DNA of 64,000 nt from an uncultured Candidatus Saccharibacteria bacterium. GTDB lineage: Bacteria; Patescibacteriota; Doudnabacteria; UBA920. A model generated the notes under the pieces. That model saw nothing but the letters and a program-made list of their open reading frames with translations. It was not told the DNA's origin and ran no database searches. Position numbers and translations under genes: made by a program. Every line of letters starts with the position of its first letter. Position 1 is the stretch's first letter. The DNA is taken from NCBI GenBank assembly GCA_964434195.1, contig CAYSUI010000002.1, forward strand, positions 2,562-66,561, written 5' to 3'. Of this stretch, positions 48,014 through 55,539 are shown one piece after another.

Positions 48014-48201
48014 AACCACGGGTCAACCCAGAAAATAATTTCCGATTGCTAGTATTGATAGCGAGCGAAGCAATGCTATATGCTATTCACAAAAGTAGCT
48101 CGCTACTTTTGAAAGGGGCAACATGGTGAACGGAACGGAAGGTTTATGGAGCATCAGCGTAATAAACCTGCAGTGCAGTGAGCCATGATTGACCCGTGGT
48201 T
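48014..48201 (-). other. highly structured ~188-nt element with 13-bp terminal inverted repeats (candidate ncRNA or MITE-like insertion) between tRNA-Met and tRNA-fMet
   Basis: Terminal arms AACCACGGGTCAA (48014-48026) and TTGACCCGTGGTT (48189-48201) are perfect reverse complements. Internal perfect hairpins include AAAAGTAG-CTCG-CTACTTTT and ATTGCT/AGCAAT. The right arm overlaps the ACCA end of tRNA-fMet by 5 nt. Strand is unknown; assigned to the tRNA operon strand. Confidence 0.35.
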
Positions 48202-48272
48202 GCGGGGCCCGGACTCGAACCGGGAGCCTCCAGGTTATGAGCCTGGCGAGATGCCAATTTCTCTACCCCGCG
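48197..48272 (-). tRNA. initiator tRNA-fMet (anticodon CAU), CCA encoded
   Basis: Reverse complement CGCGGGG...CCCCGCA-A-CCA carries the initiator hallmarks: C1xA72 mismatch, A11-U24 pair, anticodon loop CTCATAA, T-arm CCCGG-TTCGAGT-CCGGG. Confidence 0.85.
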
Positions 48273-48300
48273 ACATTCACTTTTTAAGTGATTTCGTGTA

Positions 48301-48328
48301 TTCTTAGGTACAAACTTTATAGAGTCAA
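48301..48328 (-). promoter_or_regulatory. candidate promoter for the minus-strand tRNA operon (TTGACT -35; weak TAAGAA -10)
   Basis: TTGACT on the minus strand (48323-48328) and an A/T hexamer 16 nt downstream, ~25 nt upstream of the tRNA-fMet 5' end. Confidence 0.3.
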
Positions 48329-48382
48329 CTGCGGTAGTATAGCGTAGAATTTAAAGTTTAGCAAGCAAAAAAAGGAGGAAAA

Positions 48383-49105
48383 TTGCAACATTTAAGCATA
48401 TTCAAAGAGGGGCTCTGGAAAAACGTAGTAGATATATGGACTAGCGGTCAAGTAGGCCTACCTGAAGTAGAGAGATGGTCCGTACATGCAAGTCTTGGAG
48501 CCGAACACGGGGGAATTCGTAAGCAAAACTCCCTACAACATTCATATTCAATAACCCTCCTAGGCTCTATGCTAATACGGAGTTCAAGGGAATATATTGC
48601 TGGCTTAGACGAGGTGTTATTGCTTAACGCATTACTAGTTCATGATCACGGGGAGGGAGAATTAGGGAGAGATATAGTTGCAATTCATAAAAACGAAAAT
48701 GCAGACTTAGATGAATACAATGCATTTTGCAATAGATTTAATCAATTGCCAAAGTATCTTTTCAATTTTTACCATGAGGCATTTTTGCTTCAATTCGCAT
48801 TGGCCAAACCTAATTCTTTTCCTTCCAAAGCGCGAAGTGTTATGGCCTATCTCAGAAAATTCAAAAAGATGGAATGTCTTCTATTTGAATTCATTGAAAG
48901 ATGGGATTACCTAGTTTACGCATTAGAGCAATATTCAATTCGAGGTAATGAACGCATTCTTGTAAACGTACTCAGGCCTCAATCCAAACGATTCAACCAA
49001 CTAGCAAAGGAAATTCCTGGAGCCAGAGAACTTGTCTGGACAAAAGAAGCTGAAAATTGGACTAATAACTTTCTGTCTAAACACGAAGGTAAATGGGAAG
49101 AGTGA
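48383..49105 (+). CDS. HD-domain phosphohydrolase (YfbR-like 5'-deoxynucleotidase family)
   Basis: H...HD...D metal-binding pattern: HSYSITLLG...LLNALLVHDHGEGELGRD. TTG start with AAGGAGG 4 nt upstream. Confidence 0.55.
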   Translation: MQHLSIFKEGLWKNVVDIWTSGQVGLPEVERWSVHASLGAEHGGIRKQNSLQHSYSITLLGSMLIRSSREYIAGLDEVLLLNALLVHDHGEGELGRDIVAIHKNENADLDEYNAFCNRFNQLPKYLFNFYHEAFLLQFALAKPNSFPSKARSVMAYLRKFKKMECLLFEFIERWDYLVYALEQYSIRGNERILVNVLRPQSKRFNQLAKEIPGARELVWTKEAENWTNNFLSKHEGKWEE

Positions 49106-49267
49106 ATAAGTTAAACCATCTTAAACAATATTTCTAGGAATCCTAATCCACATAAAATATATAACCCACTTAGGGTAATTTTTTATTTGTATTGAAAATA
49201 TTATATTTCTATGCTTTAATTGGTATCCGGTTCTCAAAGTGAAAAAATTACGGAGGTATTAAATAGA

Positions 49268-50005
49268 ATGAATAGAGTTGTGCTTCTTATCGTTTGGGTC
49301 TTGTTAGTGTCGTGGACTGCATTTTCACAGAACACTGATTTGAAATCACAACCAAATGCTGCATCGGTTTCGATTTTCAAGGAGATTAATAATCCAACCG
49401 AAGCCCAAGCTGAGTTAGATAGGGTAAAAGCGATTTTTCAGAACGAATGGAAAAAATCTAAAGCACAAAACGGTAAAGTAATTCGTGCTTACGTCACACA
49501 TGAATTCCCAAAGGGATTTGTGCAACCCAAGGAGTGGGAAGTTGTTTCTGATATTTATTGCGGCCTGTTTGTTTATGATGACGAACGCTGGACAGTTCTG
49601 AGTACTTATAACTTCCAATGGGGGCCAAAGCTACTAATTCAAACTAACGATCTGACTTTTCAGAATAGGAGCTATCCTCTAAGTATTATGCAGTTCAACC
49701 GGCATGAATTTGAAGCGATAGGTAAAAGCTTCTACTTATTGTTTTTTGGAGGATTTAAGTTATCCAAAGCTGATAAGATAATTAGTTGGTATCAGGTTCC
49801 CACTATAGGTCTGGGGGCAGATAGTATGAGCGATGACTATTGGGAAACCAAAAAAACTCATTCTTTCATTCTTGAGCCTATTAAAGAAATCTTTTGGGAG
49901 CAGGTTATGAATACTGATCCTATAATTTCTGCCAGAATAAATTTCTTTAAAGCAGATACTGAGTTGAAGGCCGCTAAAGAAGCGGAAAAGAAAAAGAAAC
50001 CATAG
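49268..50005 (+). CDS. secreted hypothetical protein
   Basis: Signal peptide MNRVVLLIVWVLLVSWTAFSQ. Start set at ATG 49268 with GGAGG upstream (ORF track 49220). No recognisable domain. Confidence 0.5.
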   Translation: MNRVVLLIVWVLLVSWTAFSQNTDLKSQPNAASVSIFKEINNPTEAQAELDRVKAIFQNEWKKSKAQNGKVIRAYVTHEFPKGFVQPKEWEVVSDIYCGLFVYDDERWTVLSTYNFQWGPKLLIQTNDLTFQNRSYPLSIMQFNRHEFEAIGKSFYLLFFGGFKLSKADKIISWYQVPTIGLGADSMSDDYWETKKTHSFILEPIKEIFWEQVMNTDPIISARINFFKADTELKAAKEAEKKKKP

Positions 50006-50068
50006 AGAGCAAACTCTCTATTTTTTTATAAAAAAAACAGACGATATTCTTCGTCTGTTGAAGGGTTT

Positions 50069-51502
50069 TTACCCGCCGTTGATTTGATTGAAAATGTAAC
50101 TGAAGGTCAGTAGACTCTGACTTGGAGAGCTGGCCCCTCTGCCAATTCGCAAACTCAGGTCAAAGAGGCTAAACATATTCGTCACCCCTTCAACCTTGTA
50201 TACCTGACTTTCTACTTCGACATTAGCCGGTAGACCGGCTTTGACCCCCAGGCACATCAATTTAGACCAATCCAAATTCGATTTTGTCGACGGTCCATTA
50301 GCTAATAGGTTTAACTGGAAAGTAAGCCATCCAGCGTTAAATTTTTGCTGAGGAGTGGCATTCGGTAACAAACCTTCACTGATCTTGCTCTGAATTAGCG
50401 CAGTAAAAGTTCCCGAATTTACCATCTCGGTAGAAAAACCCGGAATCTGGACCCCGCCCTTTGGCAATTCCGTATTTCTGTTGGCCCAGTATGATGCCGG
50501 GAATTTTTTAATGAGAGCTTCACATTTCATTCCCATATCAAGCGGGATGGGAGTTGGACAGACAACAGGTCTATCACACTCCGATTCCTCACAGAAAGCG
50601 CCGGAAGGAAACCCTCCCTGTAGCTTCCGCAAGAGACCTCTCGGGCCTTTATCAATTGGCTGCTCGTCGCCTTGTAATGTTTTTCGCATTTCCACGACTG
50701 TCGAGGGAACCAAATAGACTTTGCCTGGCCATCCGCCGCTTTGAAACTCCCAACCGAACTGCATGCATTGCATGAGTTCACTGCTCGGGAAGGAAAGCGT
50801 CCAGAGACCGCCCATAGAATCCGTTGGTCCAAATTTGTAGTTGAAAACGGAATCGTTTGTGTTTTGGTAAAGCCCATTGTTGGCCCACCGATTCCGGTAG
50901 TGCACATGCACATCGGACCTATGAACTTCAACTGTCACTAGTGTGCCGTTGAAGTGGAAAGTTACCAACTTAATTATCGCGCCAGTCTTAGGATCTACCG
51001 CGAAACGAGTGAGTTTGTTCATTGAAACGTCGAGTCCGACGCCAATGAAGAACTCATCATCCCAGAGGCTTGCAGGGGCGCATTTATTAGTGTAAAACCT
51101 GATGGTGTCCATCTGGTTCTGTCGGCCAGACATCGTAATGATACTGCCGTCATCAAACAACGCACCTTCGTCTATCCCTTTGGGAAGAGATTCGTAGAGC
51201 AAGCTTCCTTTCAAGGTTGAAACGTCGAAGTAATCGTTGATTTCACCTTGGGGAATCGTGCTCTCGAATTGTTCAAAGAAGCGAAACCCTTTGTCACCAG
51301 GAAGCAAAAACCAGTCCCCTGACGGCAATCCCAGATCTGGTCTGAGGGAGAAACCGTGGGTAACCGCCCTTGTATAGGGTTTCGCTTTCGGCGTAAACGT
51401 CGTAAAATTTTGCTGCGCGCCGGCTTGTTGTGAGAAAGCCATCCCCACAATAAACAATAACGCAAGCGAAAATACCAGTGAAATCGTTTTGGTCAATTTC
51501 AT
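50069..51502 (-). CDS. secreted hypothetical protein (GC-rich, likely horizontally acquired)
   Basis: 477 aa with signal peptide MKLTKTISLVFSLALLFIVGMAFSQQ. Uninterrupted ORF whose G+C appears much higher than the genome background. No recognisable domain. Confidence 0.6.
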   Translation of the reverse strand: MKLTKTISLVFSLALLFIVGMAFSQQAGAQQNFTTFTPKAKPYTRAVTHGFSLRPDLGLPSGDWFLLPGDKGFRFFEQFESTIPQGEINDYFDVSTLKGSLLYESLPKGIDEGALFDDGSIITMSGRQNQMDTIRFYTNKCAPASLWDDEFFIGVGLDVSMNKLTRFAVDPKTGAIIKLVTFHFNGTLVTVEVHRSDVHVHYRNRWANNGLYQNTNDSVFNYKFGPTDSMGGLWTLSFPSSELMQCMQFGWEFQSGGWPGKVYLVPSTVVEMRKTLQGDEQPIDKGPRGLLRKLQGGFPSGAFCEESECDRPVVCPTPIPLDMGMKCEALIKKFPASYWANRNTELPKGGVQIPGFSTEMVNSGTFTALIQSKISEGLLPNATPQQKFNAGWLTFQLNLLANGPSTKSNLDWSKLMCLGVKAGLPANVEVESQVYKVEGVTNMFSLFDLSLRIGRGASSPSQSLLTFSYIFNQINGG

Positions 51503-51810
51503 TTTTTATTTTGCACTCCTATTTACTTTTTTAATACCGGCTATGCTACCGGTATCGACACGAGGACCCAGGTAGAAAATAACCAGCGCATATACCGGTT
51601 ATACAAGCATTTATTGTCCTGATTGCTGAAAGTGTTTTTAAGCCAACACAATCATAGACAATCGAAGAATTATAATAAAAAAAGCTTTGTTTGTCAACAA
51701 CACTTGACCAAAAATATTAAAATTGATATAATTATTTTTAAATGTATTGAGGTTTAGGCCGATGTCTAAGCCAAAAAATCACACATTTTGATGAAAAAAA
51801 GAGGGGAATT

Positions 51811-52476
51811 ATGACTTACAATAATTATTTAAATCGCAATCATACATTGAATGTTTTAATCGCTGTTCTTTCATTGATGATCGTTGGTATGGTGTTGATC
51901 GGCAAAGCGCACAGTGTGAGCGCAAGCGTCGCGAATCAGGTTTCTACTGAACTGAGTCGCGCACAGATTGTGAGCTCTTATGAAAATATCCAAGTGCAAG
52001 GGCTTTCTGGCGCCTCCAATACCGAGGAGGCAGATTGGACATTTGTAAACAATAATACCCAAAGTGTTCGAGTTACCTGGACGATCCAATGCCGCAGCAA
52101 GAAGGTTAGCGGCTTGAAGGTTATTCCCGCGGGCGAATCAGTTATTTTTACTGAGATCCCTGGCCGAATGACTTACTCGGTTGAAATCATTTACATTTCA
52201 CGTGGCGTGGTCAACTATGCAACGGTGAGCGAGCGCGAGATCGTGAGATCGCTCGCACCACTCAATCTTGCTCTATTAGAGCGAAGTGGTATTCAAATTC
52301 CACGTTACAATAACTACCGAAAGCAGACCCAAGCTGCACCTCAAATTCAAAGTGAACCCGTTCCTCAGCATCAAACTGAATCTGGTCCGGCTCCATCTTG
52401 CCCCATGAACATTGAAGAGACGCAGGATACCAAAGACGAACCAGTCGAACGAAGATTGATTGCGCTTAACCGCTAA
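51811..52476 (+). CDS. hypothetical membrane-anchored protein
   Basis: 221 aa with an N-terminal TM helix (LNVLIAVLSLMIVGMVLIG) and a Gln/Pro-rich C-terminus. G+C appears elevated. Confidence 0.5.
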   Translation: MTYNNYLNRNHTLNVLIAVLSLMIVGMVLIGKAHSVSASVANQVSTELSRAQIVSSYENIQVQGLSGASNTEEADWTFVNNNTQSVRVTWTIQCRSKKVSGLKVIPAGESVIFTEIPGRMTYSVEIIYISRGVVNYATVSEREIVRSLAPLNLALLERSGIQIPRYNNYRKQTQAAPQIQSEPVPQHQTESGPAPSCPMNIEETQDTKDEPVERRLIALNR

Positions 52477-52560
52477 GGCGTGCCCGGCTAGCAAATAGGG
52501 ATGGGCCGCCGAAGTCCCGGGTGAATGCACCGCGCAAGTACGCGAGCACGCCCGGGCAAA
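52477..52560 (+). other. GC-rich palindromic element (GCCCGGGC / CCCGGG / CGCG-N6-CGCG motifs)
   Basis: An ~80-nt stretch that appears far more GC-rich than the host background, immediately after the 51811 ORF stop. Contains several short GC palindromes. Confidence 0.3.
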
Positions 52561-52603
52561 ATTTCTTACTCGTAGTAGCCCTACGAGTTATTTTATTAAA
52601 AAA

Positions 52604-52633
52604 AATAATCCGCCTTTGCGGATTATTCTTTTT
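52604..52633. terminator. bidirectional intrinsic terminator (AATAATCCGC-CTTT-GCGGATTATT)
   Basis: Perfect 10-bp stem with A8 upstream and T5 downstream, between the convergent 51811 (+) and hsp20 (-) genes. Confidence 0.7.
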
Positions 52634-53036
52634 GAACCTGAATCCTCTTTGGTTCTTCTTTAGCTTTCTTTTGAAAAGCTACTTTCATAACTCCATTTTT
52701 ATGTGTAGCCTTGGGTTCTAAATTCTCGTCAATTTCTCCAGGTACAGCAACTCTATAAGAGAAGCTATTGCTGGCTTTTCTATAAAACTTCTTATTTTTA
52801 TCTTGTTCTTCGGTATTTTCACTTCCTCTTATCCATAAGACTCCCTTTTCATAAGTAACCTCAACTTTTTCTGGATCTAACCCTGGCACAGCTGCTTCTA
52901 TATAGACATTCTTATCATCTTCAGAAATTGTTAAACCAGAAGAGGGGAGAAATGCGCTCCAGTCGTCCTCGTCAAAAATATTTGGTAGACGAGACGGATT
53001 ATTCCAAAATGCCCTGGGCATAATATCAAATGACAT
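52623..53036 (-). CDS. Hsp20/alpha-crystallin family small heat-shock protein
   Basis: 137 aa. The alpha-crystallin domain pattern ...VYIEAAVPGLDPEKVEVTYEKGVLWIRGSE...FSYRVAVPGEIDENLEPKATHKNGVMKVAFQKK is present. Confidence 0.85.
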   Translation of the reverse strand: MSFDIMPRAFWNNPSRLPNIFDEDDWSAFLPSSGLTISEDDKNVYIEAAVPGLDPEKVEVTYEKGVLWIRGSENTEEQDKNKKFYRKASNSFSYRVAVPGEIDENLEPKATHKNGVMKVAFQKKAKEEPKRIQVQKE

Positions 53037-53051
53037 AAAATTTCCTTTCCA

Positions 53052-53072
53052 TTAACCAATACTATTGGTTAA
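53052..53072. promoter_or_regulatory. 21-bp perfect palindrome TTAACCAATA-C-TATTGGTTAA upstream of hsp20
   Basis: Lies 16-36 nt upstream of the hsp20 start codon, between the putative promoter and the RBS. This is a typical operator position. Confidence 0.45.
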
Positions 53073-53094
53073 TAAATTAATGATAATTATTACA

Positions 53095-53121
53095 TTATCA
53101 CTCTAAACCTAAGAGTGATAA
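53095..53121. promoter_or_regulatory. CIRCE-like inverted repeat TTATCACTC-N9-GAGTGATAA
   Basis: Same architecture as the HrcA operator CIRCE (TTAGCACTC-N9-GAGTGCTAA), with one substitution per half-site. Adjacent to a TTGACA hexamer on the hsp20 strand. Confidence 0.45.
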
Positions 53122-53151
53122 TATGTCAAGATATAAAAAAATCTCTAATAA

Positions 53152-53358
53152 CTAGAGAACTGCATATTCTTCCGCTTCTAAACTAAGAACCGAACCTCGT
53201 GGATTATGAGCAAAAACCCATTTCGGTGGTTTAATACGAATTTTGGCATACCCAACATCTATGAAATCAGGACGATTTTCCCAATCTCCTGGGGTGAATT
53301 CTGCATCGAGCGTTGGCAAGTTTTCTTCCAACTTTTTAGAACCTGAGATCTCATGCAT
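53152..53358 (-). CDS. hypothetical small protein
   Basis: 68-aa ORF upstream of hsp20. Overlaps the ORF-track start of rmuC, so one of the two calls is probably wrong. Confidence 0.25.
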   Translation of the reverse strand: MHEISGSKKLEENLPTLDAEFTPGDWENRPDFIDVGYAKIRIKPPKWVFAHNPRGSVLSLEAEEYAVL

Positions 53359-53460
53359 ATTTTGCCTCCAAAGCTTTTTGAAACCTTATCGCGAGTATAT
53401 TCCCAAAACAAACTCTTTACAAGTGGAAAAAAATCTACTCAATTTTGCTATACTTCATCT

Positions 53461-54498
53461 ATGCAAATTTTACTCATTGGAATCATAGCTATTTTATTTA
53501 TTGGCTTCGGAATAGTCCTTTATTTCTTCTTCGACATGAAGAAAAAAATGGAAGAACCAAAAGACTCAGAGAGTTTAAAGGTCATGATGGAATGGATGAA
53601 AGATATTAAACAAGGCACTGAACAGGATAGACTGCATATCCAAACCAATCTAAACGAGACAAATAGAGCAATTAACGAAAGACTAGACAAAGCTGCTCAT
53701 GTAATTCAATCCCTCTCAAGAGAACTGGGCTCAATGAGTCAAATAGGGCCAGATATAAGGAGGCTTTCAGAGGTATTGGCTAGCCCAAAAACTCGTGGTA
53801 CTTTTGGTGAAGAAATCTTGGAAAATATGCTTTCGCAAGTACTCCCAAAAAGCTCATACGAAACACAATATCGTTTTAATAACGGAGAAATCGTCGATGC
53901 TATGGTAAGAGTAGGAGATAGAATTCTCCCAATAGATAGCAAATTTAGCATGGAAAATTTCAGACTGTTTAAAGAAGCTAATACAGATGAGTCTGCAGAA
54001 ATAATGAAGAAAGCATTTCTTAAAGACGTTAAAAAAAGAATAGACGAAATATATAAAAAATATATTCTCCCACAAGAAAACACTTTCGACTTTGCGTTAA
54101 TGTACATTCCTAGTGAGGGTGTATTTTCTGAGGTTCTAGATGATACTGCTGTAATTACTTACGCGAGAGACAAAAGAGTATTTTTTGTTAGTCCCAATAC
54201 CCTTTATCATCATCTTCAAATAATCCTTTTAAGTTTAAAAGGACAACAAATAAATAAAGCTGCTCAAGCAATCCTTCATCACATCGCAGGTATAAAACAG
54301 GAAAGTGAAAAATTCGGCAAGAACCTAGATGTGCTTGCTAATCACATTAAGAACGCAGGAAATAGCATGGGTACGGTCTCAAGTGACTTCCAAAAACTAA
54401 AAACCAGCATAACTAGCGCAGCGGCACTGCAATTAGCAGAAGCAGAGGCCTTGGAAGTGCAAGAAAAAGATATAAATGGTTTATTAAAAAGTGAATAA
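53461..54498 (+). CDS. rmuC: DNA recombination protein RmuC
   Basis: N-terminal TM helix, coiled coil, and the RmuC core KTRGTFGEEILENMLSQVLP...YETQY...IDSKFSMENF. Start set at ATG 53461, where the TM helix begins and a TGCTATACT extended -10 lies immediately upstream. The ORF track extends to 53353. Confidence 0.7.
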   Translation: MQILLIGIIAILFIGFGIVLYFFFDMKKKMEEPKDSESLKVMMEWMKDIKQGTEQDRLHIQTNLNETNRAINERLDKAAHVIQSLSRELGSMSQIGPDIRRLSEVLASPKTRGTFGEEILENMLSQVLPKSSYETQYRFNNGEIVDAMVRVGDRILPIDSKFSMENFRLFKEANTDESAEIMKKAFLKDVKKRIDEIYKKYILPQENTFDFALMYIPSEGVFSEVLDDTAVITYARDKRVFFVSPNTLYHHLQIILLSLKGQQINKAAQAILHHIAGIKQESEKFGKNLDVLANHIKNAGNSMGTVSSDFQKLKTSITSAAALQLAEAEALEVQEKDINGLLKSE

Positions 54499-54525
54499 TT
54501 TTTATTAAAGTAATTAATTTTTTTT

Positions 54526-55056
54526 ATGAGTATAAGGAATAAAGATCAACGGGTAGGGGTTTTTGTTGACGTGCAGAATTTATATTATTCTGCAAGAAAT
54601 ATTTATAATTCCAGAGTAAATTTTAACGCAGTTTTAGATGCAGCAGTTGCAGACAGAAAACTAATTCGTGCAATAGCATACGTAATAGAAGCCGACGAAC
54701 CCCAAGAAAAGACTTTCTTTGAAGCGTTGGACAAAGCAGGTTTCGAAGTTAAAAAGAAACCATTACAGACCTGGACTTCAGGAAACCAAAAAGGGGACTG
54801 GGATGTCGGCATAGCTATGGACATAATAAAAATGATGAACAAGCTAGATGTAGTTGTACTTTGTAGCGGCGACGGTGACTTTGTTCCGCTATTAGAATAT
54901 CTACAAATGATGGGCCAATTCGCCGAAACGCTTGCCTTCGGCAAATCTTGTAGTGGCAAAGTGAAAGAATTAACAGATTACTTCGTAGATCTCGATGATA
55001 ACCCTAAACAGTTTCTAATGCCTATAAAGGCGGTTCCTTCAAGAAAAACAAGGTAA
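54526..55056 (+). CDS. NYN-domain (LabA-like) protein
   Basis: RVGVFVDVQNLYYSA...VVLCSGDGDFVPLLEYL matches the NYN/LabA PIN-like fold with conserved acidic residues. Confidence 0.7.
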   Translation: MSIRNKDQRVGVFVDVQNLYYSARNIYNSRVNFNAVLDAAVADRKLIRAIAYVIEADEPQEKTFFEALDKAGFEVKKKPLQTWTSGNQKGDWDVGIAMDIIKMMNKLDVVVLCSGDGDFVPLLEYLQMMGQFAETLAFGKSCSGKVKELTDYFVDLDDNPKQFLMPIKAVPSRKTR

Positions 55057-55092
55057 ATTGATTTATTTGTTCAATGCGATTAAGGTACGTAT

Positions 55093-55536
55093 ATGCGAAT
55101 AGTATTAGATACAAATGTATTAATAAATGGTCTCAAGGATGAATATAGTTACGAGAAACGAATTATCGATGAGGTTATTGATGGTGGCATTGAAGCATAT
55201 GCAAATAGGCAAACTTTAGACGAAAATAAACTTATAGCCAGACAACTCATAGACAATCCGGAATACGAGCAAGATTTAAGAAATTTCTTCGCCCAAGTAA
55301 ACCGCGTTACAAATAGACACCACATAAATGTGGTAAGAGACGACGAAGATAATAAAATTTTAGAAAGCGCAGTAGAAGCTCAGGCTGATTTTCTAGTAAC
55401 CCACGATAATGACTTGCTCGAATTAAGAGAGTATGAAGACGTGCAAATAGTCACCCCAGCTGCTTTTTGGTCCAGATATAAAGATGAAGGCATGGACCAA
55501 TGGAAAGCCTGGACACAGTTCGTAACCAAAAAATAA
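55093..55536 (+). CDS. PIN-domain protein (putative toxin-type PIN, COG1569-like)
   Basis: MRIVLDTNVLI...DFLVTHDNDLLEL...VQIVTPAAFW, the PIN-family pattern with conserved Asp residues. Confidence 0.65.
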   Translation: MRIVLDTNVLINGLKDEYSYEKRIIDEVIDGGIEAYANRQTLDENKLIARQLIDNPEYEQDLRNFFAQVNRVTNRHHINVVRDDEDNKILESAVEAQADFLVTHDNDLLELREYEDVQIVTPAAFWSRYKDEGMDQWKAWTQFVTKK

Positions 55537-55539
55537 AGA

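Noticed and set aside
48014-48201. Structured inter-tRNA element considered as SRP (4.5S) RNA, RNase P RNA or tmRNA.
   Set aside because: No SRP domain IV GGAA...AGCAGC-type motif was seen. No RNase P P4/AGGAAAGUCC-like motif was seen. No tRNA-Ala-like ends for tmRNA were seen. The element is too short for RNase P. Identity is left open; 6S RNA or a MITE cannot be excluded without covariance models.
53353-53460. N-terminal 36 codons of the ORF-track rmuC call.
   Set aside because: This extension overlaps the 68-aa minus-strand ORF. It precedes the conserved N-terminal TM helix. An extended -10 promoter immediately upstream supports ATG 53461. The longer start cannot be excluded.
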